This document shows positions 26,670 to 40,900 of a stretch of DNA of 64,000 nucleotides, in pieces. The DNA is taken from assembly GCF_001949145.1 (NCBI RefSeq), contig NW_019091358.1:1994240-2058239 (forward strand), given 5' to 3'. Source of the DNA: Acanthaster planci (Eukaryota). Each line of letters starts with the position of its first letter. The first letter of the stretch is position 1. The notes below the pieces were generated by a model. That model made no database searches and had not been told where the DNA came from. It worked only from the letters and a program-made list of their open reading frames with translations. The position numbers and the translations under genes are program-made.

Positions 26670-27690
26670 AAGGCTTTTCTGCATTTTGAATTTTCTTGTG
26701 AAAAGGGGAACAGGGCTTTAAAGAATGGACATTAAACATCACATTATTTCTTCCAGCTCTCTGAAAAGTTCAATCGCACATGGACTCTGGGAGATGTGAA
26801 GCTTTAAACATTGTGCCTCTTATGTCACGTTACTTGCTACTTGAAGAGGTCATCATCACGAGGGCAATTTTCGTCTATAACCCTTCCCTTTCCGGTTACA
26901 TGTATCTGCAAAGTTTTGACCAAATGTGACATGTACTTCAAAAGATTTTGGGCACCTTTAGTGTCACGTGACTTGTCACTTCATGACACCATCATCACGA
27001 GGGCGATTTTCCTCTTAATCCCTTCCCTTTCAAGTTGTCTTCAAAATGTCAACCCGATGGGACATGTACATCAGGAGAAACATGTATAGGGCTTTAAAGA
27101 GTGCACCTTTAAGGTCACGTGACCTGGCACCTGATGGCGTCTTCATCACATGAGGGCAATTTTCGTCTGTATTGCTTCCCTTTCTAGTTATCTGCAAAGT
27201 TTCAACCCAATGTACACGTAATTCAGGAGATATATGGAGCTTTCAAGAGTGCACCTTTAAGGTCAGGTGATTTGGTACCTGATGACGCCATCATCACGTG
27301 GTCGGTTTTTGTCTTTGGTACATCCCTTCCGAAATATCTGCAAATTTTATATTGGGGGTGTATTTCAGGAGAAAGAGGCCTCTGTAATTTGTACCTTAAA
27401 TGCCATGCCACGGGACACGTGGTGACGATTTCTTTTGGACCCGGCCTACCCTGAGGAGGACCGAGTGTGGACCTATTATGTATTGAGTCGGATCGATAAA
27501 AGGGCTTAGTCTTGATGTTGAAGAATACGTACAAAAATTTGGGAAAATATCATGTTACCAGTAACTTAAGCGTGTGAAGTTTTAGAGTCTTATGACTTTA
27601 ATGCCCAGTGGTGACGAGAAAAAGTGGGCTTAAACCAAGAAGAAAAAAAATGAAAAAACAAAGCCTTTTCCGCACTGTGCGGAAAAGCCC
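26670..27690. mobile_element. non-autonomous Helentron/DINE-1-like element with internal ~140-150 bp tandem repeats
   Basis: Repeat anchor catcac at 26854, 26993, 27144 and 27292. Terminal hairpin cttttccgcac-t-gtgcggaaaag at 27665-27687. An inverted match gcttttctgca at 26673-26683. A-rich flanks. Confidence 0.6.
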
Positions 27691-29399
27691 CCCCCCCAAA
27701 AAAAAAAGACACAGACTTGTAGCTAGTTTTTAAACAGTTGCATTGTTTCAAATGAAATAAAAGGAAAAAATGATCTGGAATGGTTTAAACATTTTAGATG
27801 AAACCTGATTAAACATGCTTGATTAGCGTGAGGCAAACTGAGAACTGTTCGCTCCGATTAGCATTTTATTATGATACAATATCTCCTGCCAAGCAAAATT
27901 ATTTCACATACGATCCACAACTGAACCTTTTATGGACAGAGGGCGCTGTACATAATAGGCCTACTAGCCTTGAGTGATGGGCATATTAAATAAGTTCATA
28001 TTGGACAGACGGACTCAGAATTTATGCAATCAGTAAAATGCACGCGAAAATACATGTAAGACGTGTTCATTAACTTATTTATTCTGCCATGTCATGTTAC
28101 GAATGTTACGATCCTATTTTTTTAAAGTCTAATGGCTACTGCTGTTGTATCAGAGGCAGACAATAACGTGCATATAAAAAAACATTCTTCAAGAGGGCGC
28201 TGCTACTGTCCAATGATTGTCATGAGCAGATTTTATTCTCCTTTTAAGCTTTTCCTCTCTGGAAATTCAGTGTTTTATTTTGGTGTGCGTCTGTGCAGTA
28301 AAGTATTTCAGTTATTTTTCCCCTGCAGTGTTATTGAAATCTAAGCAGGCTATTGCGAATTTGGGACTCTAGTGGGCTAGACAATGAATTGTGGAATGCA
28401 GGGTAGGCCTATGCTTTGTCTCTTGGTTGGAATATACATGTATTAGCTTGGGCGCAGCCCTAGAAGCAGAACACCACTAGTCATGAAAGGTGTAGGACCA
28501 ACTGCCCTGTAGTGTAGTTGCCCGTGTTCCAGAGTGGAGCTCATGCTTTGTGCTGACATGCAAGTTGAGCTGTGTGCTCTCGTTGTAATTTTGTGCTGTG
28601 TGCATTGTACCCAAATTTCGGTATGAAATTTTGTGCTAGTTTTGACACTGCGCTGAGCGAAGACTCTTAGTGAAGCATGAGAAGATTAACTGTAAGTTAT
28701 TCATTGATATTGATGGGATGATTAGGTCGGAGTGGAACCTTTAAAGTGCAATTTATTTTACCCCCATAATGTAGCCATGAATCAGGCAATTCTGTCCTTG
28801 CTGTTTGTAGAACTGTGGCAAAGCTTGCACATTGTTAGTATGATTCGGTTGTCTAATTTACAAGTGCCATTTGTAATTTGAACAGATATTTCCTTAACAT
28901 GAGTTGCTTTTACGGTAAAGAAATTGAAATTTATATAAAACAGTGAGCAATGGTGGCATCAGTATTCTAGTTCCAGTAAATTTTGCAGGCACTTGAGAAA
29001 TAATCTAAAGATTACGAACTGATTTTCACCGGTTCACGCAGAATTCGCTACTTTCATGCGTGTACATTACAACAATGTACAGCGCACCCTCTGTCAGCTG
29101 TGTGTAACGTCCTTCTAACATGGCTGCCATTTTATCGACAAAAAACAGAAATGTGAAAAAATCATAATCTTGGACTAAAGTGTCTCTTTATGAAAATGGC
29201 GTCGATATAAAAAGGTGATTTGTCTATCCTAATTCCAAGGCCGAAGTGTTACAATACTGCAGAATATTATAAAACCAAGGACAGTGTTTATCCGCTGCCC
29301 CGATCAAGTTTAGACCCTTGTACAGGCAGCTAGGCGTCAGTCGTCAATAAGCTGGCTAGCGCCCTCCGTATAACCCCATTCAAATTTTAGTTACATGCA

Positions 29400-30090
29400 C
29401 AAGGAATAAACCACCCCGGCCTGGCCACAACGGAAATGCCACTACTGTAGCTTACTGAGGACATGTAAGTGCTGGATCTTGAAGGCACACAACTTTGGCC
29501 AAGACGGTTGTGTTCTGCAGAGCTAGAGCACAAAGCCAAGACGCGGAGAAGGGCCGACTTACCAAAGCAACGCTTAGCTTCCCTCACACCTCCGTTCCAC
29601 GTTACTGCATGTGACTACTTTCAGGTAAAGATTGGACGCAACAAAACACCGAAGCACAATGGAATGCTGCCTGAACACAAAAGCTGTTCACCTTCAGCAA
29701 GCCACTGTATGGTCTACAATGGAATATCTGCAGATGCTCCACAGATGTTTTATCATCAAAGGCTACCCCACCACAATGCTTAGTTACAGCAGAACCCAGT
29801 TAGCCGGGGTTGGAGAACTACGAGAGATGAACTGAGGATAAGACATAGACAAACTGTGTGAGTTCGAATATGGAGTTGAGATTTATTATACCGTTTCTAC
29901 TACACTAGAAAGGGTGTGCAGAATCATTAATCAAGCAGAAAACCACTGCCTAGAAGACCATGGGAACTCAGGTACTAACCCTGTTCGAGCTTTACACTGT
30001 CTTGCTTTTGGTATAAATGTCTTCAAACACCCATTGGGTAGCGCTTCCAAGGACCCAGATGATGGCTTCTACCTCATCACAAAAGAAATG
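29400..30090 (+). mobile_element. BEL/Pao LTR retrotransposon integrase relic
   Basis: Frameshifted translation ADLPKQRL..PPFHVTACDYF..VKIGRNKT..CLNTKAVHL..STMEYLQMLHRCF..GYPTTMLS matches the BEL/Pao integrase core pattern. Confidence 0.75.
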
Positions 30091-32850
30091 CCAGTTCCCT
30101 TGTAGTCATAAGCTCCGAACGGTCCACCTGGGACTATACTGGAAATTTAAAAGAGTGGCGTAGTAACTTAAATGTATTTGGGGGTGTGGGGCTTGTGCTC
30201 GATAGAAGTTTTAAAAACTGTGGGGCTACTATTGTCTATTGATGCTTGAGATAACTTTTCCAAAGTCTGACGGTTTCTGGTAAAAAAGGCTGGATGTGTG
30301 ATGATGGACTTCAAACTGTCTGTTGTGGCTTCTTCGGGACCAGGTCAGCTTGGGTTAGCGTCAATGCCAATCTCCTGATTGAATATTTTGTGAACGATTG
30401 TATGTCTCTACATCTGGCGTATAGTCTCAAGAGAATCCCATTTGAGGTTGGTTAACATATTCGATACACTGGGTTTAGGTTGAAAATCACCGCACACGAA
30501 GCTGGCAGCTCGTCTCTGCACCGACTAAAGGATGTCTCTCTTTTTCTTGGTGCCTGGGTTCCATGCAGCAGAGGCGTATTCAAGATGTGGTTGAACAGCT
30601 GTCTGGTATACGTCTTCTTGATCTGTTCTGGAAAAATTGGCTGAAATTTCTTTGAAGTTCAGCATTTTGGGGGGTTTGGTTGAGGCATATTGTGTTTGCT
30701 TGTTCCATTTCAGTTCATTCTGCATTATTACACCAAAGGTAGTTGCCACGAGTGACTTCCTCCAGGGTTTCTCCAAGCATTTTGTAGCTTGCTATTGATT
30801 AGACCACTTTACAAGACTATCAAGATCAGAACGTAGCAATCTGTTATCTACCGGTGAACTTATGGTCTTATATAAGATGCAGTCGTCTGCAAAGAGTCTC
30901 GTACTTTATTTGACAGTTTGTGCAATGTTATTAATGATGAGTATAAAAAGATTGGGACCTAGCACCGTACCCTGGAGTACACTACTCAGCACTGGTTTCC
31001 AGGGCGAAGCTTTACCGTTTACAATGAGTCTTTGCATACAATTTGTGAGAAATGACTCGATCTATTTCAGTGGTTTATTTCTAATACTATAAAATGTAGC
31101 TTCTGGAGAAGGCGCTGGTGTGGTGCAACATCAAATGCCTTACCGAAGTCGAGTATTGCAGTATCTGTAGTCAGTTGTTTGTCATGGTTAGTAGTTAAGT
31201 CGTGCTGGGAAGTGATGTGCAGAGTGACACATGACCGGGATCTTCTAAAGGCATGCTGGGCGTCCGGGAGTTTACCATGGGCTGAAAGGAACTTCATAAT
31301 CTGGCTGTCAATTATGTGCTCCATCAATTTGCAACAGATGCAGGTTAACCTTATCGGCCGGTAATTTACTAGGTCAGATTTGGGTCCTTTTTTTAAAGAT
31401 GGGCGAGACATTTGCTCTTCTCCAGTCATCTGGAAGAATACTCTGATCTGAACTCTGCTGAAAGATGAACTGTAACGCAGGGACCAGCTCTATCTGCTGA
31501 GGCAATCTTCAAAGCAGCATTTTGCTCTTAATCTGGTCCAGTAGCTTTGTTAACTTGGATAGTAGAGAGCAGTTTCTCCACACCATCTGCAGTGATTTCT
31601 ATATCAGGTCGATCAGGAAAAGGGCTGGGTGGAAGCGTAGGTAGAGTTGGGTCTTTTTTAGAGAAGACACTCTGGAATAGGTCAGCCAATTTCTCAGCTT
31701 TTAACTGATCATTAACAAGGGTTTGGTCTCCTATCTTAAGAGTCTGGATACCAACGTTGTCTTTCTTCTGGGATCTGATGTAACTCCAGAACTTTATACT
31801 GTCGAAAGATGGTCGGACACATAATTTTTGTGCGCATTATGGATTTTTTTTTATCATCGTCACTGCGTATGTTCTTGAAATCATCCCACTGTTGTTTGTA
31901 GTTAATAGTTTTAACAGCTTTCAGATAATAACGCTCTTTTCTTCTGCAAATTCTCTTATGCCTCCGTGCAAACCATGGAGGACGTTGTTTATCTATAGTT
32001 TGTTTACTAGGAATATGTTTCTGGATAAGATTTGTGATGGCACTTTTAAAGGTATTTCAGTTTTCATTAACAGTCTTCTCTTCTGGACTGGTTCCAAGAA
32101 ACGCATCAGTAGGCTTCTGGACATTTAAATTGAAATTTTGCTCATCTCATCCAACTTGTTCCAAAGAAGCACAGTTCTTGGTGGTTTCACAGGCACTGGA
32201 GTCTGAGTTTGCATGTCAATCATAACCGTACAATAATCAGCAATAGGGGCCAGTAGATAGACATTTTCCACTGTTGAAGGTCTTGTTGTGAACCAGAGAT
32301 CCAGGATATCCATTTGCATCCTTGAGCGTTGGAAAGTCACCATTTCCTCCAGAGTATGGTTATCAGCAACACAGGCGATCTTTTCTTGAAGGGGACTGCA
32401 GGGATTGGCTGCACCATCAGAATTCTAAACTAGGTTTGGAATATCGAAATCCCCGCCAACTATGATGTGGGGGGATTTAGACTCTTGCTTGATCTTACTA
32501 AGACTGGCATCCAAAAACTCGAGGCCTTCTTTCTCCAGTACTAGGCGATCTGTAATAAATTAATACAGACACTTTCGGACCCCAGTTAGAGTTGACACCA
32601 TATCTGTTCACTATCACTTAGTGAGAGATCCAGCCTTTCCATACAGAGGATGGTATCCTTAATGGCAATGAAGATGCCACCACCTCTGTTATATTCCATT
32701 CCTAGTCAACTAATACTGGCTAGGAAAAAATTTCGGATGAGTAGACATCTCCATCTAACCACGATTCTGAACTGAGAATTACATCTGGGGATTTGTTATA
32801 AACGAATTGAATGTTATGGACGAGTTGATTGCACTTCTACGAATATTCCT
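30091..32850 (-). mobile_element. degenerate CR1-type LINE (APE endonuclease plus reverse transcriptase)
   Basis: NYRPIRLTCICCKLMEHII, QHAFRRSRSC, ILDFGKAFD..PHQRLLQKL, QGTVLGP, LFADDCILY and PHLEYASAAWNP. Endonuclease motifs near 32100-32800 (IIVGGDF, LDLWFT). Many stops and frameshifts. Confidence 0.88.
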
Positions 32851-33639
32851 CATCAGCGGCCATGTTTTCCGTGAAACCGAAAATCCGAGGTATCATGTTT
32901 AATTTGTCGCTGTTGCTGCTACTTCTCCAGTTACATCTGCTTCTTATTGAACAGTATCACTTTGGTTTTTCTTTTGAACGATCTAGGACAACAAAAAGGC
33001 CGTCCTTCTGATTGGCGAGGTCATGTTGGCCAGACTCGTCCGGTACAGGCAGGGCGCACGTGAACAAGGGCAAGCATGACAGGAGGTTGCAGACGCCCTG
33101 AAGGCAGGCGACCTTAAGGCTGACAAGTGTGCCGTTCGGGACAGAGTGGAATATTTATTGGAGAACGTGAAGGAGACGAATAGGTGGGAAAAAGCTGCAA
33201 GTGGAACGGGAGACGGACGAGAAAATTAGAGAGAGCGTGAGGGATTTGACCAAGGAGGAAGACATCGAGAGTGCACCAAAGGAGAAAGCGGACGAACCGA
33301 AGGCAGACGGTTAAGAAATGAGGAAGCAAGCATGTGAAAATTGTGGAGAAACGCAGAAAAGGTACTTATTAAAATACTAACAGAAATTAGAGACATACAT
33401 AACTGGAAAGTGAAAACTATAACGTATACAGCGAAGAGTAACTAATCTATCCTTTTCTATTTCGGTCTGTTAATGTTTGATCAAGTAATTTGGTTTACGT
33501 GTATGTCGGATAATGGTAATGACAATTTTGTGTCCAGGCTAACAGATTTGGAAGTGCTAGTTATTTTTACAACATTCAGTATTTTAACATTCTAGCTATA
33601 ATTTTATCGTCACACATTCCATGTTTATTTGTGAATTAT

Positions 33640-35280
33640 TTTTTGTGTCGTTCTGTGTAGCACCCAAACGAAAAGGAGGAACAAGGAAATGCGCAGTGAG
33701 AAGATGTCGAGCAGAGAGAAAAAAGGTATGAGAGACAAAGGGAAAGCAAGTTTTACACAGTACATCAACATTACACAATGGAATAATATGGGAGTGGGCA
33801 TCTCGCAACAGCAGTCAGCTGAACAAGTACTACAGACAACACTTATTGGTCCTCTAAGCAGCGACACTTACAAAATTGGAAAGAAATTGGAGGGCTTTCA
33901 CGTCAGTGATGAAGATGGCCACCTGTATGTGCTTGCTGTCAGGGAAATGACATAAAAGAATAAATGACAGTAACGAACAGTTGCTAAGGAAATTTTCCCC
34001 AGGACCTGTAATTTACCTCCCACTATGTCTGACAGAGCCGCTACAGAAGGAAAATTCAGTAACCTATTAGAAAGATACTGTACAACGGAAAATTCTGCCA
34101 CAGTTTTAATCTTCTTTAAATGGTGACTGATCGAATTTCCTTAGAAAAATCTGGCACTGGTTCATCTGGCCGAAGTAGCAGTGGTAACACTGCATAAACA
34201 GAAGGTATATTCACACATGGGGCACCAATTCTTGATGACGATTCCAGAAATATCCGAGCCGGGAACACGATCCACAGATTCCAACATGTTGCAGGAGGAG
34301 CTGAGAAGATGGGATATTCCATGGCCGTTTCTTGATTTTCTCCAGCCATCCATAAAAAATAAATGGGTTTAACCACTTACCTAGGAGCCTTTCCGTGGAA
34401 ATGGTTCAACAATCTGTTTCATCATGCTGCCATTGTATTCTATCGGCTGATCATCTCCAGGATTACGTTAATGGAGAAGGTGCGGTGAATCGCCTGCTAC
34501 AAGCAGTAGAATTTGATTCGAAAGTACCTGAATACCTAACAGGTTGTAAAGCTCTTGGACTGGTATCATTACTGGCCACCACGCCATTGTGGTGGAAAAT
34601 TAAAGGCGAAGAAATGGAAACTGGATGTCACTTTATACAGGCTGCTGATCTTTTGGAGATCTCTACAAGTAGAACAGCTGAATTCATTATGGCAGATCAT
34701 CTTTTATTCTGCAGTGTACCCCTGCTTGAAAAAGTTTGATGTTACAAATGTTTATCAAATCTCCGATTCACAATGAAACAGTGTAAGTCTTTCTTCAAGT
34801 AGGTTTATGGCAGCACATCTTCACTAACCACTCCCTATTGAGTAAAATAAGGTGATCTTTTGTTCAAGATGTAAAAAAAAAGTGAAGTGTCTGCCAAAAC
34901 CAACTTTCAGAAAGCACATCCAGGCACTTGAATATTTTAGGAAGGAAAAAGCCCACATCACGACCCTTGCTCATATTCACGGGGCAAGGCAGTCAGTGAG
35001 AAAAGGTCAAGACGTTCCTGAGCTGTCAGCAAGAACTTCAGGCAGCTGTCATGTCATTGTTTTGAAGGAGCTTAATCTGGCTGAAGAAGTGCACCGTGGA
35101 TGTATGGAAGAGCTCACCCTCGACGTCATGCACTGGGGTCTGTGACAAAAAGCGGAAATCAAATTGAGGATTATAAAACGGCCATCTACTAGCTTTAAAG
35201 TCCCAGGTAACTTCTGCCAGCATGTCTCTGAACAGCAACCAGCAGAAGGAAAAGAATCCTCCAGAAACTGAGTAATGAAT
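33640..35280 (+). pseudogene. decayed DDE (hAT-like) DNA transposase-like sequence
   Basis: Broken frames contain SDTYKIGKKLEG, MSDRAATEGKF, NNLFHHAAIVFY and NRLLQAVEFD..YLTGCKALGL..TTPLW. These resemble motifs of invertebrate transposase-like proteins. No intact ORF; the family assignment is tentative. Confidence 0.45.
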
Positions 35281-37917
35281 AAGACGTATTTATTAATTTT
35301 AAGTAACTCATTGCGAGATTTATGTTATTTTTAAGCCACTCAACCAGAAACGAGTACCCATCAGTGTTCCCAATCCACTCCTAGTTGGAAAGAGAATAAA
35401 ATGTCAATGCAGTACAGAGGGCGATGAAAAGTAATGGTTCTTTGATGGTTTGATGGTTCAACAAAAAAAAAGTCCCTTATCATTCACTGTTACCATTTTA
35501 TGCAGTCATACCTTGCACGGCCTATATTCAACATTATCAATTATGTTCTTATACTGTAATTTTTCAAAAACGATGTTCCCAGATATATTGTTGTGGGAAA
35601 GTGTGATAAATAACAAGTAAGGAATTGTTTTTGCACATGTACCACTTCATACATGAATGAAGTTCGATTATTAGTGATTGCATATCTGGCACCGCTTTCC
35701 TTCAGCATTGCGACCGAAGTTTTCGGCAGATTCTATTGCTTTTCCTTTTAACGTTAAGTGAAAGGTAACAGTATAAACATATTAAAGTTTAAAGGCATGT
35801 ACGGTGTCTTTCAACCAAGAAAGGTGACTCTTATGAATTTGCCATGAGTTGAAATTTTTTTGCGCACTTGTTAAATTTGTTCTTCCATACCTTTCTCAAG
35901 AGTTTCCTGGATATCCTTCATGGTTCAACGTGACGTGTGCTGCAGATTAACTGGTGTACATGTACATCATCATACTGCTGGAGGACCAAAGGAAAAGAAA
36001 CCTCCAGATCCTTGTTTAAGGTAATCTGAGTCATTTTAACGAAGTCACATTGTCATCTTCATATATTGCTTTTTATGGCTGCTATGGCTACAGCAGAACA
36101 TTTAGAAATACGAACATATCCTCCATCAACAAAAAAATTGACACACACAAAATGGCTATTATCGATGATAAAAGTTGTCAAAATATACTTAAAATCAAGC
36201 TACATGTATTGAGATGATTTTTTTTACTTTTACAGATTCTCTTTCAAATGGTACTAAATTTGTGAAGTGTAAAAATTATGTCATAAGTGCCGGGTCCTTT
36301 TAGTTAAAAATCCCCAGTCAACGTAAACTTCCACGATCTATGCTAATCCTCTGACCTAAATCTTTGCTTGTAGCTTTAAATACATGGCATGTGTGCGCTT
36401 GAAGTGCGGACGTGTTCTTGTAGGACTACTTGCTTAAATGCCACTTATCTTATCGTATCCATGATCACATAAAGTCACAGCTCTGTCAACACTAGGATAA
36501 TTGATAATTATCTTGCACGTTACTTTAAAACCTCAAACTGAGTGAACACAAGGCCCACAAACCTGAGTGTGGCAAGATCAAAAATGATAACCTTGCTCTT
36601 GTAGGATATACTTGTAAAAGCAATCTGGCCTGATATTTTAGCTACTCTGCACTTGATGCCCAGCACGATATGTGGGAAAGAGGGACCCCCTAATATGATG
36701 CACAAGCTGTATACCCTAAGGCTTTTGTGCCTACTGCACCCCCCCCTCTGAAATCTGAAAGGAATTCTAAGGATTCCATCCACCAAAAGAAGACAGAATG
36801 GGGGGGAGCCCTTTGCCTCATATCTTGAATCATATGCTGCACTTGGTTGGTACCCTTAACAATACCACATTTGCTGTCGTGCTCAGTGAAAGTAGATGGC
36901 ATCTGGTCACTGTACGACTTCAAAGAAGTGGAAGGGGAAAAGATCAGATTTGTATGAGGTGCCGGTGCCGACATGTTTGGAAAAGAAATGTCCAAGTTCA
37001 ACTGTGTTGATGTAAAGACATGACATATTCTCATAAATACCCCATTGAAATTTTTTCCACTAACTTCAACCATCTTCGCCCCCCTCCAGTGGTACACATT
37101 CTGTGCAATCACCAGATAAGGATGCCAGTCTTCTCCCTCACTCTATCATCAAACCAAATCCAACCAACAGATTATATTGCCTTGCCATTAAAACATACAA
37201 CTTTCAGTCAGATACGGTACAAATATCGTATATCTACATGTTACATTAACAACTGCAGGTGGTGTTTAGTGCGTGAGCTATTAGCCGTTTCTTATTCACT
37301 CAAGAAAATAACACCCTGCACAAATTATAGGCAGATTAGCTTTTCTTTTGCAGTAGTTTTTATGTGTTTTGCCATCTAATTTTGTACATTTTAGAGACAT
37401 CTTGCCAACCCAATGGGCACATGTATCTCGGCTTCAACTTGTTGCAGTTATTCTGTGTAAAAACACAAACACATCGGGAACCAGCCTTCCTATGGATATG
37501 TGTGACAACACAGCTTTACATACCACAGCCTTTGAAGTTGTCTCAAACACTGAAGAACACGTCCTGGTCATGAAGACCTTACCAGTGTAATGGCGTGTCT
37601 TCACATCTGTACTATGCTTGCATATTCTCAGAGCCATGGCTAACACCGCTTTAAGAAATGATCTTCAGTAGAAGAGCAGCCAAATTTCCAAATTTTCATG
37701 GCTGCTGTCTGCCCTCGTTCTGAGACCAGGCGGTCACGGTTGGGCAAGATACAAGAGAATGCAGTATGCTAAACCTAGTTATAACTTAATGGCCTGTTAA
37801 AATAAGGCAAAAGAGGTAAGACACCACTTATCAGCCATCAGTTGACCGACTACGCATAAAGTCATGGGGAGTTCTGGTTTTTCTTCATGTAGAGGCATTT
37901 CAATGGAGCAGCAGAAG

Positions 37918-40900
37918 TCAAAGTAGACTGAGAGTTCCAGTGATTTGATCCAATAATTTGGCATCCCCAAAGATGGACAGGACAGTACAAGCGCCAGAGG
38001 GTACCTTAAGGGAAAATGTTGCAACAGGGTCAGTTGAGTTTAACATAAATCTAACTATTCCTAAAGAGTTTTCTGTTTAACAACCTGTGATAAGACTGCA
38101 TTATCTTTTTGCCAGGTAGAGATCTCTATGAGGAATAATAAAACGAAAGAGGTCGAATTTCAGGTCGACTCTATCTATTTTGTTTAAACTGTTTAACTTT
38201 CAAGTGGCACTGGTATAGTTCTGCACATTATCGATGTTACATGTATGCATGCACATGTGATACCAAACGTATGCCCTGTGTACATGTGCGTGAATATAGT
38301 CTGTACGCTTACAATGTGTTTGGGTGAAATTCGTCAAAGCCAGCTCCCAAACTGACCTTCCCTCTAGATGATGGAACATTTTCAAAGAAAATAGATTCAT
38401 CCTTAAATCACGTTGCATTCATTCAAATCAAAAGAAAGTGAAACTTCTGAGGTTTATACATGTACATGTATGTACAATGAATACCACTGGGTGCACAAAC
38501 ATTGAAGGCCAAACGTTTTCTAATGATACATTGTGGAATGTGCCTCTTCTGTTACAAGCCCCTTGCATTTGAGTTTACATGTGTATTTCTGATCCATCCA
38601 GAGATGGAATAAGTATGTACATGTACTTTTGAACTGTGAGATGTTTACTTTGAAAATAATCCTACAGTAGTTTCCTTGTCAACTGAATGTATCAATTAAG
38701 TCAAAAGGAAAAGATCATTCACGTACCTCTGTTTTCCCTACATCCTGTGTGAGATGAGTAGGCAAGGATGCAAATGATGCCCTCCTCTGTAAATCTAAGA
38801 GATGCTCGGTATTTGATCCACTCAGTACTATACTTGTCTCCCTGTTTGTACAGCATTAAGAATACAATTTGTACTCAGTTCAACTAAATTTGACATGACA
38901 ACATACATGTACATTGCTCAAACAGGCTGACTGTACAGTGTATGCTGTACCGATAAAATGTTTAAAAAAAATTAAATCTCAACTTCTAAACACATTTTGA
39001 ACAGAAGCTTGTGATTGCAGGAAAAAAATGGTCAATGCCTTTTGAAATGTTGCCTTGTTGAAATGCTTTTAAGGTCTACTACAAATTCCCTAAAAGGAGA
39101 AAAACAAAGCAAAAACCTGAAATTCCATGTGCACAAAATAAAAGCATGGGAAACATGAGTGAAAAAGGACAAAAAGGCATACATGTATATATACCCCAAC
39201 CACATGTACTTGAATGCACCTTGTGGAACAACAAAACGAAAATCAATAATTACTTTCCTGGAAGTGTTTTTCTGCCGACTACTGGGGAGTTGGGTGCTTA
39301 TAAAAACAGTCTGCCATTTCCTCCAGGCCTCTACTGGCATGACAGGGGCCGGAATGTCTGCGAAACACGTTCTCAGCAAGCAATAGGGTTTGTATAGAGG
39401 GTCAAAATAAGTATATACTAGGTGCTGTGTGCAATTCAAGCTCCTTTCAAGTTCACTTGGTCAGCCAGTTCTAACTACAAGTGCATCCCAATTGTAGGAT
39501 AAAGACAAAAAAACACTTTCCAACAAAAGTCCATTTAGACATTTAAAAGCTGAAAAAACAGTCACAAAAATTTGGCAAACAGGATGTTTGCCTTTGGCAG
39601 GAGTAAGTGTAGTAATGAAACTGACACAATAATAATGAGGTTATCTTGTACGGAAAAGTCCTTATCCTGAGATTTTCTTTCTACACGTACAGTGTAGTTT
39701 GCCTTCCAAAAATGTGCTGGTCACATGGTTCAGGATTGGCCAATTTGAATCTCATTGAGTCTAAACATCAATTTAATTTTTTTTCAAAAATGTTGTTACT
39801 TTATATCAACGGTTTTTATTTAATTTTTTTCTGATTGAAATTTTAAAATAGGATTTTTGTTTATTAAAAAAAAATCACCAACTGTAGCCAGGGGACAAGA
39901 GCATACACAACAGACCTGCCAACCTTTAGAACCTTTAGAAGTGTATTCGGAGGTTCCAAAGTGAGTATTTTTCAATAAAAATGGGTATTTTCCCAAACAA
40001 ACAGGAAAGACAAGCTTACAAGTATTTTTGCTTGACTACATACTATTTGAACTTTAATACTTTACTTGTGCAGGTTTAAATGGACCTTATAATTTCCTGG
40101 TGTTGCTCGCAGCAGTTGCTTTCTTGCATTTACGCAACAGTTCACTTTGGTGTGCACGTTGCTGCCAGGGCCTGGCTGTGGCTTGGGTGTATATTTTGTT
40201 TGTGAGAGAGTCTGACAGGACTGCAGTGCTGTGGGTCGCATTCTTCGTTTCAGTGATGTCGCAGTGTTTGCTGGTCATGGTATCTAGTGTCAACACATAC
40301 AACTACACTGTAGTACTTGAACTAGCGTCAACAACTTGAAAATACCCTCCGAGGATTTAAAAGTACTTTTATCTTAGAGACTCTAAGACCTCCCACTGTG
40401 TAAAAAGAAACTCTGAATTCGCTTTCAGATTCACGCAGAAAAACGAAACTTTTTCGCGAAGTATGGAAGTCGCCATCCTTGTTTACTCTACCGTCCAAGC
40501 GAAAACAAGATGGCAGCCAATCAGGCTGCACGAGCAGGCCCAAAGTTGTCACTCAAATTTCCACCTTCAAATATAAGTTTTGATAATATGATACATTGAA
40601 TATATGTAGGAACCGTATGAATTTTGTAAATATATAATACCTGTATAAAAATGCTTGAATATTTAGTCGACGTTTTTTTGACGTTTGTTGACGCTAAATA
40701 GCACGACCTGTGTTTACTGCTTTTGACATGGCAAGATACATCATAACTCCCACTATGCCAATGTATGCGCGATACTGGAATCAGAACTACACAAAGTGCA
40801 GTACGTCGGGAAATTTTTTTGCATGCACACGAACGTACACTCTACAATGCATGCCGATCGGTTTGGTATGCAACGTTCCGATTGGTTGATAAGTGCACTA

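Noticed and set aside
26850..27420. Spaced repeats resembling a CRISPR array
   Set aside because: Eukaryotic context, whole ~145-bp units are homologous (no unique spacers), and there are no cas genes.
36520..37650. Cluster of overlapping 70-140 aa ORFs on both strands
   Set aside because: No recognisable domain or consistent exon chain by eye; left unannotated.
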